NCBI GenBank assembly: GCA_030264375.1
Contig: JASCQW010000139.1
Span: forward strand, 35,016,251-35,080,250
Reading direction: 5' to 3'
From: Carcharhinus longimanus
Lineage: Eukaryota
Length of the DNA: 64,000 nucleotides
In this document: positions 39,785 through 53,161 of the stretch, one piece after another
How the letters are laid out: every line of letters begins with the position of its first letter
Numbering within the stretch: position 1 is the stretch's first letter
Notes under the pieces: model-generated
Seen by the model: only the letters and a program-made list of their open reading frames with translations
Told to the model about the DNA's origin: nothing
Databases searched by the model: none
Made by a program: the position numbers and the translations under genes

Positions 39785-40589
39785 TTCATTGGTTAATTAA
39801 ACACATTTGCAGTAGTGTTGACATGAATTGCTTCTGACCTCTGATCATGCAATGTCCATGAGGTAGTGGTCTCTACCAAGGTTAGCTGATCACAGTGCTG
39901 AGAAGCAGCACGTCCCAGCATGTTGTAACGTGAAACACCAGCACAAGTGAAACATCAGCATCATTCATTCTGGCTGATTGAAAGTTGGAAGTGATTGAAA
40001 GCAGGCAGTGTGGGTCAGCTGTCTATTCTGCATCCAGATTAATTTTATGGCACTGAAATTAAAGGGATGCAAAATCTGGGAGCTGATCTGCTCTAACTCA
40101 AGACCCACTTTTCATTCCTATTTTCAGAGGGGAAAATTTATGGTTAATATTTTAAATGCTTTATATTGAGAGGTGGAGGAAGTGAATGTTGCTTACAAAC
40201 AGTAATTATGGAGATATGTGGTTCACAATTTAATTTAGGAATTGTCTTTAGGAAATAATATCTGCCTATCGTTATGCTATCAAAGTATCATTTATTAGTC
40301 AATGTTAGTTTGAGGTCAGATTTCATAGTAAGGAGAAGAGGTAATAATATTGGTGTTGACCATTTAGCATGCTGGTATCAGTGTTGTAAGCCAGTACACC
40401 TTCGTGTGTCAATTCAATACCTGTGGAATATTTCAAAGTTCATCACCTCAGATGACTTTTGCTGTTGGCATGCAAGTAGTGACCATTAGTTCATACAACA
40501 ATGTAACTTTAAAATATTCTCCATCGACATAAAACCAGTTCAGACGCATGGCCTTTCTGATGCAGTTTTTTTTTGACACTACATTTCTA

Positions 40590-41432
40590 CAACTACAGAT
40601 ATACTCAACTATGCCCCTGCCTCCTCCTTTGATGTCCTAGATCCATAAAACCATTGCTTTCTCTCACTCTGGTCATTCCCCCAGTATCACCTTATCTTAA
40701 CTCAAGTCCTGGGAATACAGACTTGAAAGGATACAGTGTAATTCCCTTAGCTGTCCACTGGCAGATCTGACTGGGCTACTTGAAACATTATCGGATCCTG
40801 CTGTTGTTTGCTAAAACTGCTCATTAATCCTGAAATATAAAGAAACCCTCCATACATTTGTTACCTCTAGACTCGACTATTCAAACACTCTGTTTGCTGG
40901 CTAAACTCCTTGCGTTCTACCATCTGTAAACTTGAAATCATCTGAATCACTGCTTCCTGTGTCTTGTAGCAATTCCCATTCCCTTCGTCATCCCTGTGCT
41001 TGCTGACCTACATTGGCTCTTGTTCAAACAATATCTTGACTTTTAAATTCACATCCTTATTTTCAAATCCCTCTATGGTCTCACCTCTCCCTATCCCTGC
41101 AATCTCCTCCAACCCACAACCCACTGAAATAACTGCACTCACCTAATTCTGGCCCCTGTACATCTCCAATCATAATCATCTAACCTTTGCTGACTATACC
41201 TTTGGTTACTGAGATCCCAGCCTAGGAAATTCCTTTCCTATAGCTCTCCGCTTCTTTAGCTTACTTGCCATCTTTAAAACACTTGTTAAAACCTAGTTCT
41301 TTGCCCAAGCTTCTGGTCACCTAAATAATATCTTTGTGTCTTGGTGTAATACTTTGCGTTATGATGCCCTTGTGTTGCACCTTAAAATGTTTCATTACTT
41401 TCAAGGTACTATATAAATGTAAGATGTTGCTT
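40590..41432 (+). mobile_element. L2-type LINE 3' remnant
   Basis: ccctgtgcttgctgacctacattggctc...ttttaaattcacatccttattttcaaatccctc (HITPVL..LHWL..FKIL-type C-terminus) and tail tatataaatgtaagatgttg. Confidence 0.7.
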
Positions 41433-42027
41433 CATATGTCCATGTTTGCACATAAATCCTAATTACAACACTGAGCAGTACTGTCAAAATGACAATCACT
41501 CGAGTTTCAGCTGGATTGGGGAAGTTTTTGATGTTACCAAGTTGTGAAAGTCACTTTAACTTTGGTCAATAAAAGCTACAGAGCCATCCTGTATTAAAAT
41601 GTGGCTTTTACAGTTTATGGCAGTTGGAGGTTTTGTCACAAATGCTAGAATACTGTGGAATTTGGATAAAATGCGCAAGAATATGGTAACTACTTGGCAG
41701 TAGTTCCTTCCAACTAGGCAGGAAAAATTAGCCAAGGATCCTGCTTCTGACTACTATTCACTGACCCCTCTCAGATTGTGAGAGTGGCTGAGAATGATAG
41801 ATAAGGATCAGATCAGACTCTCTTTCAGGATGCCAGATTTTTGACTGGAATCGTAAGTGAAGAATAATTAATTGCCTGAGATATCCAAGAAAGGAGGAGG
41901 GGAGGGCGGGCAAGGCATTTGCTTATGTTTTTAAAAAAGGATATGAAAGCAATTTTTCAGGAAAGAGACTGGTGATGTGAATCTGATTCACAATTTCTAT
42001 TTGTAAGTTACCGAATATTTCTGCAGT

Positions 42028-42046
42028 CTGGCACCATCTGCTGGCC
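42028..42046 (-). promoter_or_regulatory. Candidate CTCF binding site
   Basis: Minus strand GGCCAGCAGATGGTGCCAG closely fits the CCASYAGRKGGCRS core, in non-repetitive intronic sequence. Confidence 0.5.
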
Positions 42047-42581
42047 CAGTGCAGCTGTGGAGTTATGGAGACTTGTTACATAAAACAACTAAATGTTAAT
42101 ATAGACAGGGAAATGCTTGAGCATGTTGTGATTGGATTCTAGGAAAGAGAGAAGCTCTTGTTCTCTAATGTATTTTGAGGAAAGGAGAATTACCTTTCTT
42201 GTAGCAGCAAAGTTAAATGGGACTTGAATTTGGGAATTTTATCGTTTAGGGCATAACTATGTAACTGGCCCTTGGGGATGTTGAACAGGCTTAAGCTGCA
42301 GCTACCCGCTAAGTTTTCATTAGAAGCTTTTTCTCACCCCAAAGTCCCCTATCTACATGTTGAATTGAGTCTTTTCACCTTGCCTGACTCGTCCCCAATT
42401 CCTCAAACTCATCATTTTTATTTTCTACAACTAACATGCTTTTAAAACCAAAGCTTGGCAACAGTTGATCATGACTTTCTTTGGCCACGTTTCTTTGAAT
42501 CCTCTCTAAATTGCTATTTGTTGACTCATAATTATAATTATATAACATTTTTACCTTATTTTGCTTTGTTCCTCTTTGCAG

Positions 42582-42726
42582 GCTAAAGGAGGAATATCCA
42601 GTGTGGTTTGAAAAGCCTGTGTTAGAATTAGTTCATCACAATACATTATCTCTGGACAAGCTAGTTGATAAAACATGGATGGAGATCATGACCAAGTTTG
42701 CAATTGGAGAACATTGTGAATTCCAG
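42582..42726 (+). CDS. BAZ1B: BAZ1B exon 3
   Basis: tttgcag| LKEEYPVWFEKPVLELVHHNTLSLDKLVDKTWMEIMTKFAIGEHCEFQ |gtcagt; 145 nt. Confidence 0.97.
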
Positions 42727-43230
42727 GTCAGTCTTAGAAGATGTTTTTATTAGCTTAAATATTTCCATGAGCTTAGTTTAGATATAATCCCTGATCGAAG
42801 CCATAATTTCCAACTGTACTCCCTAGGCTGTGGTGTTAATATTCCAGATAGTCCTTGGGCAAGACGAAAAATGAAGCAGGGTTGAAGGTCCTGATTGCTG
42901 ACCATGACCTCATGGAAAATGGCACTTCATGGACACCAGAGTTAGACAGGATACTGCTTAGAATGTCTGCATTCATTGTATAAAACTCTGTGAAAAACAG
43001 CCAATTAACTTTGGCAGAGATGATTATTGCTTTGTCATCTCTGGAACTTGAGTTCAAATGCCATGGATTGCCCTTTGCTAAAACAAATTAGTTATATTTG
43101 CATTTAGTTATCATGTTAATGTTAATAATTCTGCCATCAACAGCAAAAATGAGTGCTTTTCTACTATGACATAGATGTCTGTAAAGATTGTAAACAAATC
43201 GAAATTAATGAAAAATTTCCTTCCTACTAG

Positions 43231-43435
43231 GTTGGGGAAAACAAAATTCTTCAAGTAGTGGTGGTAAAAATCCATCCTCTAGAACCAAAGGAAGAATTAT
43301 CCTCTGAGAAGAAAACTGATGGATCCTGTGACTCACCTTCCAGTGACAAGGAGAACTCCAGTCAGGTGGTGCACGAGAGCCTTGGTTTGGATGCCTGCAA
43401 CAAAGTTGAGGAGAACAAGAGGGACAGCAATACTA
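43231..43435 (+). CDS. BAZ1B: BAZ1B exon 4
   Basis: ctag| VGENKILQVVVVKIHPLE...DGSCDSPSSDKENSSQV...SNT A|gtatgt; phase 0 to 1. Confidence 0.95.
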
Positions 43436-44874
43436 GTATGTGTTCAGTCACATCATAAATATAGTAGAATGGGCAAGCACAAAGATGTGGTAGCAGAAGA
43501 TTTGGTAGGATTTTTCCATTAACTCTGAGATCCCAAGGACTCTTGTGTCACCTCTTTCATTGCATTTCTTTGTATAAATGATCTGTAGTAAGTAAACACA
43601 ATTCTGTTTTGTTATTGATTCTGTTTTATATTCATGAATTTCCTTCAACTTGTAAAGCTCACTTGCAACTTCCAGTGTTCTGCCAATGGCTTAATCGCTG
43701 CAGCTTGAACTTCCCCGTGGCATTGAAAATCTTTTATCTTTGGAAAGAAAACAATTTTGCCATGTCTACTGCAAGTCTCATCAGCTGCTACCCCTTAACA
43801 TTTGGCTGCAGCCTCTTCTTCAGCCAGTAACTGCATCCTTAGCCTCACTATCTCTCCTGATCTCAAACTGAATGCCCAAGATATCTCTATTTTGAAAGCA
43901 GCTGGGAAGAAACATTTTTCATTTTGGGCCATTCATTTCCTCAACAACCCAGATCCCAGAAGCTAGTAGAGCATTGAAATTTGGGAATTTAAAATCTTTA
44001 TAAGATGAAGAGAAAAGTATGAAGATCAGTGGAACAAGTTGTATTAATTTTTTAAAAAAGCCATTCCGTGGTTTATAGACAAGTATACAAAGTTTTAAAG
44101 TTGAGATAGTGCTGACCTGGTACAAGTTGTTTGTTAACGTTTAATTAAAATGGTGTTTGCATTTCTGTTTGGTTTTAAGAAGGATGTCCTGAAGAGAGTG
44201 CAAAAGAGATTTACTGCAATAATACTTTGCTATGAGGAGAAGAGTAGAGAAACTGAGATTTGAATTTGAACAAAGACATTAATATAGGTTCTCAAATTTG
44301 AGGGCTTTGGAGTAAAAGGGGGAAACGTTTTTCTGCTTGCCAAGAACTCTGTAATCTGCCAGATCAAAAGGGTGAGATTGGGAGGATATTTTGCACAGAT
44401 AGATGTTGGGACTTGCAATAACTTAGCATGATGCATGAGGGTGACAAAGGAAGGGGGAAATATTTACAAGGGGGCAAAGGTCTGGGGAAAGGGCAGGGTT
44501 TGGATAAATTTTTCTCAGATTCAGCAAAAACAGAATTTGTCTCTGGTACTGTAAAATGCAAGCAGAGGCAGATAAAACTACAGAGAACATTGGGGGAATG
44601 GGGTTGGACAGAAACATTATTCAGTTACCTCTTGTTAAATTGTTAATTTTAGGTGTTCTAGCATAATAATCCCTGACTTGAAAACCTTTTGCTGTTGTAA
44701 TAATGTTTTTCTATGTTAGGTGTGCATGACTTGCAAATAATACCAGTTGGCTCAGTGAGGTGGAAGATTTTCTGAATCTCCCAAAGTCTTCGCTAAATTT
44801 AAACTTTAATTTCCAGTAATTGACTAGATTTTGTGTTTCACAATTTGGAGCTAAAATATACAAGCATCTGAACG

Positions 44875-45640
44875 AGGTGCAAGAGTAGGCCATTCAGCTC
44901 CTCAAGCCTGCTTCACTATTTAGTAAGATTATGACTGACCTGATAACAACCTCAAATCCACATCCCACCTATCTTTGATAATGTACCACCCCCTTGTTTG
45001 CCAACAATCTGTCCACCTCTGTCTTAAATATGTTCAAAGACGCCATTTCCACTGCCTTTTCTAAAAGAGAGTTCCAAAGACGCTCAACCCAGGTTGAGAA
45101 ATTCTTGCCTCATCTCTATCTTAAATGGACAATTCCTGATTTTTAAATAGTGATCCCTATTTCTAGATTCTCTCAAGAGGAAACATCCTTTCCACATCCA
45201 TCTTGTCAAGGTGCCTCAGGATCTTGTCTTTTAATCAAGTTGCCTTTTATTCTTCTAAACTCCAGCAGCTTTGAACCTAGCCTGTTAAACCTTTCTTCAT
45301 AAAACAGCCTGTCCATTCCAGGTATTTTGTAAACCTGTTCTAAATTGCTTCCAAGACGTTTATATCCTTCCTTAAATAAGTTGACCAATACTGTCCACAG
45401 TAGTCCAAATGTGGTTTTGCTAGTCCCTTGTACAACTAAACCACCTACTTTTGAATTCGCTTCCCCTTGCAGTGAATTATGTTAGCTTTCCTAATTACTT
45501 GCTCTATCTGCATATTAGTCTTTTGTGATTCGTGCACTAAGACACCTAGATTCCTCTGTACCTCCGAACCCTGCCTTCTCTCACCATTTAGATTATTATA
45601 CCTTTTCTTCCTCCTACCAAAATGGGCAATTGCACTTATC
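44875..45640 (-). mobile_element. Degraded CR1 LINE 3' portion
   Basis: Minus ORF ...IPGMDRLFYEERFNRLGSKLLEFRRIKGNLI; 3' UTR-like end at 44880-44930. Confidence 0.8.
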
Positions 45641-45927
45641 CCTATGACACACCGCTAATGATCAGCCTGGATTATAGTGAATGGCAGAGGAGGTTTTTTA
45701 TTCTTTCATATGATGTGGGCAAACTGGCAAGGCCAGTATTTTCTGTCCAAACTTAATCACCCTTGCTTCAGAGGATAGTTGTGGTAATTTCATGGTCATT
45801 ATTACTGGTAATAACTTTGACTTTTATTAATCTAATTAATTAATTAAAATGTGAACCTTTGAGTTTTAAAAATTGGCGCTTTGGGGTTAGCTGATGCTGA
45901 TTTTTATTTCTGCTTTACAACACACAT

Positions 45928-46262
45928 CTATGGATCCATGGAATCCCTCCAGTGCAGAAAGAGGCCTTTCGGTCTATCAAGCCTGCACCGATTCTCCGAA
46001 AGAGATTTCACCCAGGCCTGGTTCATTTACCGTGGTCTCATCCACCTCACCTATACACCTTTGGAAACTAAGGGGCAATTTAGTATGACTATTCCACTTA
46101 GCCTGCAAATCTTTGGAGTGTGGCAGGAAGCCTGAGCATCCAGAGGTTACCCACGCAGACATGGGAAAAATGTGCCAATTCCACGCAGACAGTCACCCAA
46201 GCTCGGAATCAAACCAAAATCCCAGGCACTGAGAGACAGCAGTGCTAACCTGTGGCCACTGT
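45928..46262 (-). mobile_element. tRNA-derived SINE (HE1-like, elasmobranch)
   Basis: Minus strand ...GGTTAGCACTGCTGTCTCTCAGTGCCTGGG...GGTTTGATTCC (A/B boxes), body GTCTGCGTGGGT...CCACACTCCAAAGA, and a CR1-like tail. Confidence 0.85.
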
Positions 46263-46549
46263 GGTTAGGACTATCGAATCAGTGAAGCTGCTTGCTTGCA
46301 GGTGTAGGCAGTAAAGGTGATAAAAGGTACATGCAGATAAAAGTAGCTGTTCTCATTCCATTCTAGGCAGCATGGTAGAATCCTACAAATGAGACTCATG
46401 CCTTTTGGACCTTTTTGTCCAGAATGATTTGGTCTGTTACATGCAGTAATGTAAGAACTGGCTGCCTTGTCACCAGAATCTTGTCTGCACTGAGACAGCT
46501 GAACAGTTAGCATTGCAAAATAAATAACAAGTATGTTATGCTTTATCAG

Positions 46550-46671
46550 GTGACAGAGCTCGTCGATCACCACGCAAACTACCTACAAGCCTCAAGAAGG
46601 AAGAGAAGAAATGGGTCCATCCAAAATTTCTGCCCCACAAATATGATGTGAAGCTACAGGAAGAGGACAAA
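46550..46671 (+). CDS. BAZ1B: BAZ1B exon 5
   Basis: tatcag| (S)DRARRSPRKLPTSLKKEEKKWVHPKFLPHKYDVKLQEEDK |gtgaga; 122 nt. Confidence 0.97.
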
Positions 46672-47956
46672 GTGAGAAATAAAACTGTCTTTTCAATTTG
46701 GGTTCTTTGATCATGCACCTTTGGTCAATCTGTTCAGAGTTTTTTTCCAAATGTAGATTGAGTAGTTTAAACCCAACAATGTTTACAGGTGGTTTCAGGT
46801 TATTAACTGATATCTAGCAGTTGGGGAATTTCCTACCTGATGGCATCGGGTGTTACAACTGTATGAAATATGTTAGATGGACCAACTGGCCTTTTCTGTC
46901 TTGATGTTTTCATGTTCCTAAGTTAGTTTACTTTGGATAACAGCAGCTTGTAGCCACTGTGTTGACAATTCCGTTGAAGGATATTGATGTCAGTCTTGTA
47001 ATGGTTCTGTGTGAATTAGTGTGTGTGTGTGATGGTTTTAATTTTTTTTAGGAGGGTTGGGATGAGGAAATGAGAATTTTATGCTCATCGAGGTCTGAGG
47101 TGTTCAAACTATGAATAGAATAATTTCCATTTCAACACATCTCTGTAGCAGTATTGAGCATTCCCACATCAGTTATAGAGTCAGCTGCAAAGTAAAGATC
47201 CCATCACTGTTTCAAAAATTGATTTTAATTCTAGCCTCAGAATGGCATCTATTGCAGCAGCGCACAATTTTTTGTCTTCTAAATCAGAAACCATGTTCAG
47301 AGTGAGATTAGCAGAGGTATTTTTGTGTTGTGTAGGTCCGTGCCTGCTAAGAACTCAATTGACATCGCCTTATTTCATTCTCAGTCTCTTACTTCTAGTT
47401 TTTTTAAGACTGTATGCGGTGAAATAGTAGAGTTGAGGATGGTGCAAAGAAATGAGGAAAATTTCCTAAGTGTAGATGAGAGAGATATTGGCTACACTGA
47501 TGGATGTTAATAAAAATTATTGAGACAGCAAAGTTTGTAGGCTCTTCAGCACTATGTGCGCATGGTGTGAGGTAATTCACAATTAATTTGTATGATGTGT
47601 TTTGGGGCAGACCCAACCTTAGAGTATCGTTACTTGATACATTTGAATCTTTTTTAATTGTACCCTTTTAAACTTGTAGCGTTCTTTGTTTTTTTTTTAC
47701 ATGCATTCCCAATAGTATCTGCTTTATAGTCTCTATCCCTTCCATATCCCCTTTGTACTGGATGGGTGTGACTTCTCTGATCTGTTGATGCCATTTTTTG
47801 TTGCTATTTGTATTAGCATTTGCTGGTTGCTAACTCTTGACATCTTGTGGATACCTGGGCACATCCACTGGTTACATTCTAGGAGAATATATTTGATACT
47901 TATAGACTTCAATTTAAAATGTGTAACTAAAGGGAGTCCTTTTCTTGCTAATTTAG

Positions 47957-50076
47957 ATAATTAGTAATGTACCGGTTGAAAGTCTCATCCGCTCGGAGCG
48001 GCCGCCAAACAAGGAGATTCTGCGCTATTTTATCAGGCACAACTCGATGCGAATGGGGATGGGAGAAAATGCACCCTGGGTGGTGGAAGATGCACTTGTA
48101 CAGAAATACTCACTGCCCAGTAAATTCAGTGACTTCCTGCTGTCTCCATACAAGTACATGATTCATAATCCTGTTGTGAATTTGGGAAAAAGGAAAAGTA
48201 CAGTCTCACCAGAGGGTAAGCACTCAAAANNNNNNNNNNNNNNNNNNNNNNNNNNNNNNNNNNNNNNNNNNNNNNNNNNNNNNNNNNNNNNNNNNNNNNN
48301 NNNNNNNNNNNNNNNNNNNNNNNNNNNNNNNNNNNNNNNNNNNNNNNNNNNNNNNNNNNNNNNNNNNNNNNNNNNNNNNNNNNNNNNNNNNNNNNNNNNN
48401 NNNNNNNNNNNNNNNNNNNNNNNNNNNNNNNNNNNNNNNNNNNNNNNNNNNNNNNNNNNNNNNNNNNNNNNNNNNNNNNNNNNNNNNNNNNNNNNNNNNN
48501 NNNNNNNNNNNNNNNNNNNNNNAAAAGAGAAATCCAAGAACAAGACTAAGTTGCTCAATGGACAGAAGTCTTCAGGGAGCAACAAATCTCCCAAAAAAAA
48601 TCTGAAAACTCCAAAGATGAAGATGAAACAAATGACGCTGTTTGAGATGGCAAAATCAAGCTCATCCAAGACAGGAAAGACTCCGAAGGGTGTTGGAGGA
48701 GCTTCGAGATCTGTTACCAAACCTCAGAAATACTTGCCACCTTTGGCTTTACAATTCCTTCGATATTACAAAGACAACAAGGGGAAGGAGGAGAAAAAGG
48801 GCGCAGTATCTGCGTTCATCACTCGGGTGGCCAAAGTGCTTTCCGCTGAAGAACGTGCTCGCCTACCAGAGGAGGTTGGTGATCTTGTGCAGAAACGTTA
48901 TGAGATACTGGAGCACAAGAAGAAATGGGCTTTGATGACAGTGGAAGAAAGAGCAGATTATCTCAAGAAGAAGCGCGAAGAGCTAAAGGAGAAACTAAAG
49001 GAAAAGGCCAAAGAGCGGCGAGAAAAGGAGATGCAATTAAAATTGGAAAAACAGAAGAGGTTTGAAGATCAAACTCTTACAGGAAAGAGTTTGCCTGCAC
49101 TAAAACTGGTTGATACACCTGAAGGGCTCCCCAATACGCTTTTTGGTGATGTTGCTATGGTGGTTGAATTTCTCAGCTGTTACGCTGGCTTGCTAATGCC
49201 AGATGACCAGTATCCAATCACAGCAGTCTCCTTGATGGAAGCATTGACTTCTGAAAAGGGGGGTTTCCTCTATTTGAACAGAGTTCTGTTGATCCTCCTC
49301 CAAACTTTGCTCCAAGATGAAATTGCAGAAGACTATCGAGAACTGGGGATGAAGCTCTCTGAAATTCCTCTCACCTTGCACTCTGCATCAGAGCTGGTTC
49401 GGCTCTGCATGCGAAAATCAGACATGCAGAATGAAAGCGAGACATCAGAAACTAATGATGACAGCAAGGATTCTGTGGGGTTTGAAGACAACGAGGTTGC
49501 AGATGAATTCCTGGATAAGCTGGAAACTGCTGAGTTTTTTGAACTAACTCCAGAAGAGAAAGTGAAGATTCTATCAGCGCTCTGCCATCGGATTCTGATG
49601 ACCTATTCAGTTCAGGATCACATGGAGGACTCGCAGCATAAATCTGCAGAGCTGTGGAAAGAGAGGCTAGCTATGCAAAAAGAGGAGAATGACCGGAAAA
49701 AGGCAGAAAAATTGAAGAAAAAAGAAATGGAGGCAAAAAAGAAAGAACCGGAAAGCAACAAAATTGGCGAAAAGAAAAAGTTGGAGAAGAAGAAGGAATT
49801 TGATAAAAAGCTAGAAGTGGACAAAGGTGTAAGTGACTTACTAACCGATGTCAATGGCAGTGAAGATCTCATCAGTGCAATTAAAAGCAGACGATTGATG
49901 GCATTGCAGGCAAAAAAGGAGAAAGAAGAGCGGGAAAAGCTGGAAAAAGAAAGGGTGGTGGTAGAGAAGATCCGCAAGCACAAAGCAGCAGCTGAGAAGG
50001 CTTTCCAGGAGGGAATTGCAAAAGCCAAACTTGTCCTACATCGATCACCGTTGGGCACAGACCGCAACCACAACAG
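47957..50076 (+). CDS. BAZ1B: BAZ1B exon 6: large exon with basic region, coiled coil, DDT domain and WHIM region; contains an N gap at 48230-48522
   Basis: tttag| IISNVPVESLIRSERPPNKEILRYFIRHN...NTLFGDVAMVVEFLSCYAGLL (DDT)...PLGTDRNHN(R) |gtac. Single open frame (ORF 48047-50104). Confidence 0.93.
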
Positions 50077-51061
50077 GTACCTGGTTTCTCTTTCAAATAA
50101 ATAATAGTGTTTTGCCTCTTTTGTTTGGCTTCTGTCAGGATGGTACCCAATCTTTTGATGAGGTAGTTGAGTCTTTGGGGTCTCTGGAAATGTCACTTTA
50201 GCTGTAAGGAGGGACACTGTAAAGCCTTTTCCTGTTCACCATGATTCTGAACTTTTGAACAGTTAGTGAGCAATCATGAGCGCAAGTTCATAATCGTGCT
50301 ATATGCTTCAGTATACTCAGCAAAATGTTAACACTGAGTATAGAGCGAACAGATGGGCAATGAAGCATCTGGCCTATAGCATGACAGTAAGTTTGATTCT
50401 TTAGCCTCAAGCATCTTTGCAGTGAGCCTCCTGCCCAAACCTGGCAGGATGCTGTACTTGGCCAACAGGTGGGAGCACAAATCCAAGTGGCAGAAGGAAA
50501 ATTGAAGGGGCAGTCCCTGGTCGTTAAGTTGATGGTGGGTTAGAGAGGAATCTGGCACAGAAGAGCAGCATGCCTGAAAATAGAAATAAAAATTGTTGTA
50601 TTTTCCCTGCTCCTGGGTCCACTTGCTGCCATATTGGCCTGAGATAAGTCATCACACCTTCACTGAGCAAATCTGTGGTTAAAAAAATTAGTCAGACCCT
50701 GATGGTTTTTCAGAATCTTCAGCTCTTGATAAAACAGGAGGGCTTGTTAAAGTTGTTTTGCACATTGGGAACTGGAGCACACGTGCAAAGTGGGTAGGTT
50801 TTAGATTTTCCATTAATTGGGTGAAGTTGAAGGATAAAGGAATATTTTGCTTTCATTTTTTGATTATACAGCTACATTACATTGTGCAGTGGTTTGAAAG
50901 ATATGGCTTGATGTTCTGTGCTCTTTCTTTAAAAAAAAGCCATTGTTAATTATTTCAGGCTGATGTTTTTAATAATGGAAACTGTTGGAACAAAATGTTG
51001 GATGCGGACTCTTGTTATGGTTTGTCTTAATCTGAACAGGCTTGTAATTTCTGTCTTGCAG

Positions 51062-51183
51062 GTTTTGGCTGTTTTCTGATCTGGTACCTGGCCTGTATGT
51101 AGAGAAAGGTTGGGTGCATGACAGCATTGATTACAGCTTTATTCCTCCTGAAGAGTACCGAGAAGACGATCAGGACTCTAAAA
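51062..51183 (+). CDS. BAZ1B: BAZ1B exon 7
   Basis: ttgcag| FWLFSDLVPGLYVEKGWVHDSIDYSFIPPEEYREDDQDSK |gtaaga. Confidence 0.96.
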
Positions 51184-52106
51184 GTAAGACTACAATTCTT
51201 ATCAACTCTCACATGAAATAAGCTACCATTCAGCAGGCATAGAAATTGAGAAAATCAATGCCAAAGGATAAATTCCTGTAGCCTGTTTCCACCATTACAA
51301 CAGTGACTACATTCCAAAAAAATCTTCACTGGCTATAAAGCACTTTGAGGTTTCAGGTGTCATGAAAAACACTAGATAAATGCAAATCTTTCTTTATGGT
51401 AGTCAGGAATTGCCTGCCTTAAAGTGACTAAGAATATCAGTTATTCTCATGATCTAATTATTAGACACTGTGATACAAAAGTCTCGGATGTTCTTACTAA
51501 AATTAGCTTCAGCAGCCAAATGAAAGGGGAGTTGTAAATATGGGCACTGGCTGAGCAGAGAATTATGCTTTTGCTCTCTTCACCTGGGGGCCAGTTTCAC
51601 TGGCTTGGTACTGCTACAACATTTATTTCCATTAGAGTCTGCCTTGAATTCCACATGACTCTGCAGAAAATAGGTGAATTTTGGTCAGTCTCTCCACCTT
51701 ATAATTTGTTTTCTTCGTTTCAATGACTTAGAATTAAGGGCTTAAAATAATTTAAAGATTGATTATACTGTGTTTGTGTGTCTGTGTGCGTGCGGATTGA
51801 AAACATTCCAGAAGACAGATGCAAGGGGTTTGACTCTAGGAGCTAAGTTCAAATTCAGCGCATACTGTTGGAATGAAATTCTGCTGTCATTTATGCAGTN
51901 NNNNNNNNNCAGTGTCAACCTAACTCCTGGTACTGATTGGTTAACCTGTGCAGAGAGGCCAAGTGATGACTGAGGTGTGAAATGGAAATGTAGATGTGAT
52001 TGAGAGAATACTGATATTTTTGGACTTGGTTTATCTTGATAAGAACTGATTCTGTTAGGTAAATGTTAATTACACGAAACTTAATGAAGATGTTTTTACC
52101 TTTTAG

Positions 52107-52224
52107 GTAATGATGATGACAGCATTGCTGAAAGCAGCTTAAATGACAGTGGCCACCAGGGGTCTTCCCATACTGCAGAAATTTGCATTGAAACCACTGT
52201 ACCTAAACAAGGGCAGAATCTATG
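52107..52224 (+). CDS. BAZ1B: BAZ1B exon 8
   Basis: ttttag| (S)NDDDSIAESSLNDSGHQGSSHTAEICIETTVPKQGQNL(W) |gtatgt; phase 1 to 2. Confidence 0.93.
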
Positions 52225-53161
52225 GTATGTTCAGCTTTCACATCTCGCTGTATTCACCTTTAACTGCTTAGATGCTCAACCGTGTTGGCCTTTGTGATTA
52301 TGAACAGTTTGTGAAACTGCTCAGAATCTGGTCACTTTTTAAATGTCTTTTTTTCTGCAGTGCTCAAGTGGGCGGGAGTGCGCTGGATCTCTGAACATTT
52401 CTCGGGCAGTTGGCCTGGATAATAACCAGCTTCAATGTGCCACTTTTCTGAGGTCATGCTTACCATCTCAACTCCTATATGAGCTGGATTGCTAAGTCAC
52501 AATCTTAGGAGTGAAAGAAATTTCTGCCAAACAAAAAAGCCTTGAGACTTTTTTTTCTCCTCTAAACTTGAACCAATTTCAGAACCGGTTCTGGGGTCTT
52601 AAGCTTGGAGTTTCAGCATTCCCTTTTGGAGAAACTGTCTTAAGACATGCTTGTGCCGAGAAAAGCTAAGGATACTTTTAGACCTTTTGAACCAGAAGTG
52701 GAGTGTTTTTCTGTAAAGAATAAAGGATGTCCATGATACCATTTCAAACAAATTTAGCCCCACTTTTGAGTTTAGAATGCCTCCATTGTTGTTTTATAAT
52801 GTTTTGTATGCATAACACCCTAAACATTGTTTCAGAGTTGAAATATATATGCATGCAATATGTCAACACTGACCATGTATCTTCCTTGCGTCTTCCCCAA
52901 TCCTTTGCCTTGATCTTGCCCTTTTATGGAACAGTACTGCCAACTGCCACGGTATTATTCTGCTTGAGGTAGCTCTCTAACTCAAATCCTTTATTTTGCT
53001 GTATTATTCAAACTAATGTTTTATGGTTTTTACAGTCACAACATTATTTAAGGGGTTTGAGCATTTCAGTATTTTCTGTTCTGTTATTTGCTCATCATTT
53101 CTAATGTGTAATGCTTTCTTCTTCCCCAAAAATAATAGTTGATATTGGTTTCTATCCACAG

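Noticed and set aside
48213-48221. Strong-looking donor AGG|GTAAGC just before the gap, suggesting a hidden intron
   Set aside because: The sequence through it translates SPEGKHSK, matching human SPDRKPSK. Gap length and frame fit continuous coding. It cannot be fully excluded until the gap is filled.
49618-50217. 199-aa minus-strand ORF (also 48163-48720)
   Set aside because: Antisense shadow of the K/E-rich BAZ1B exon; F/S/L-rich with no independent evidence.
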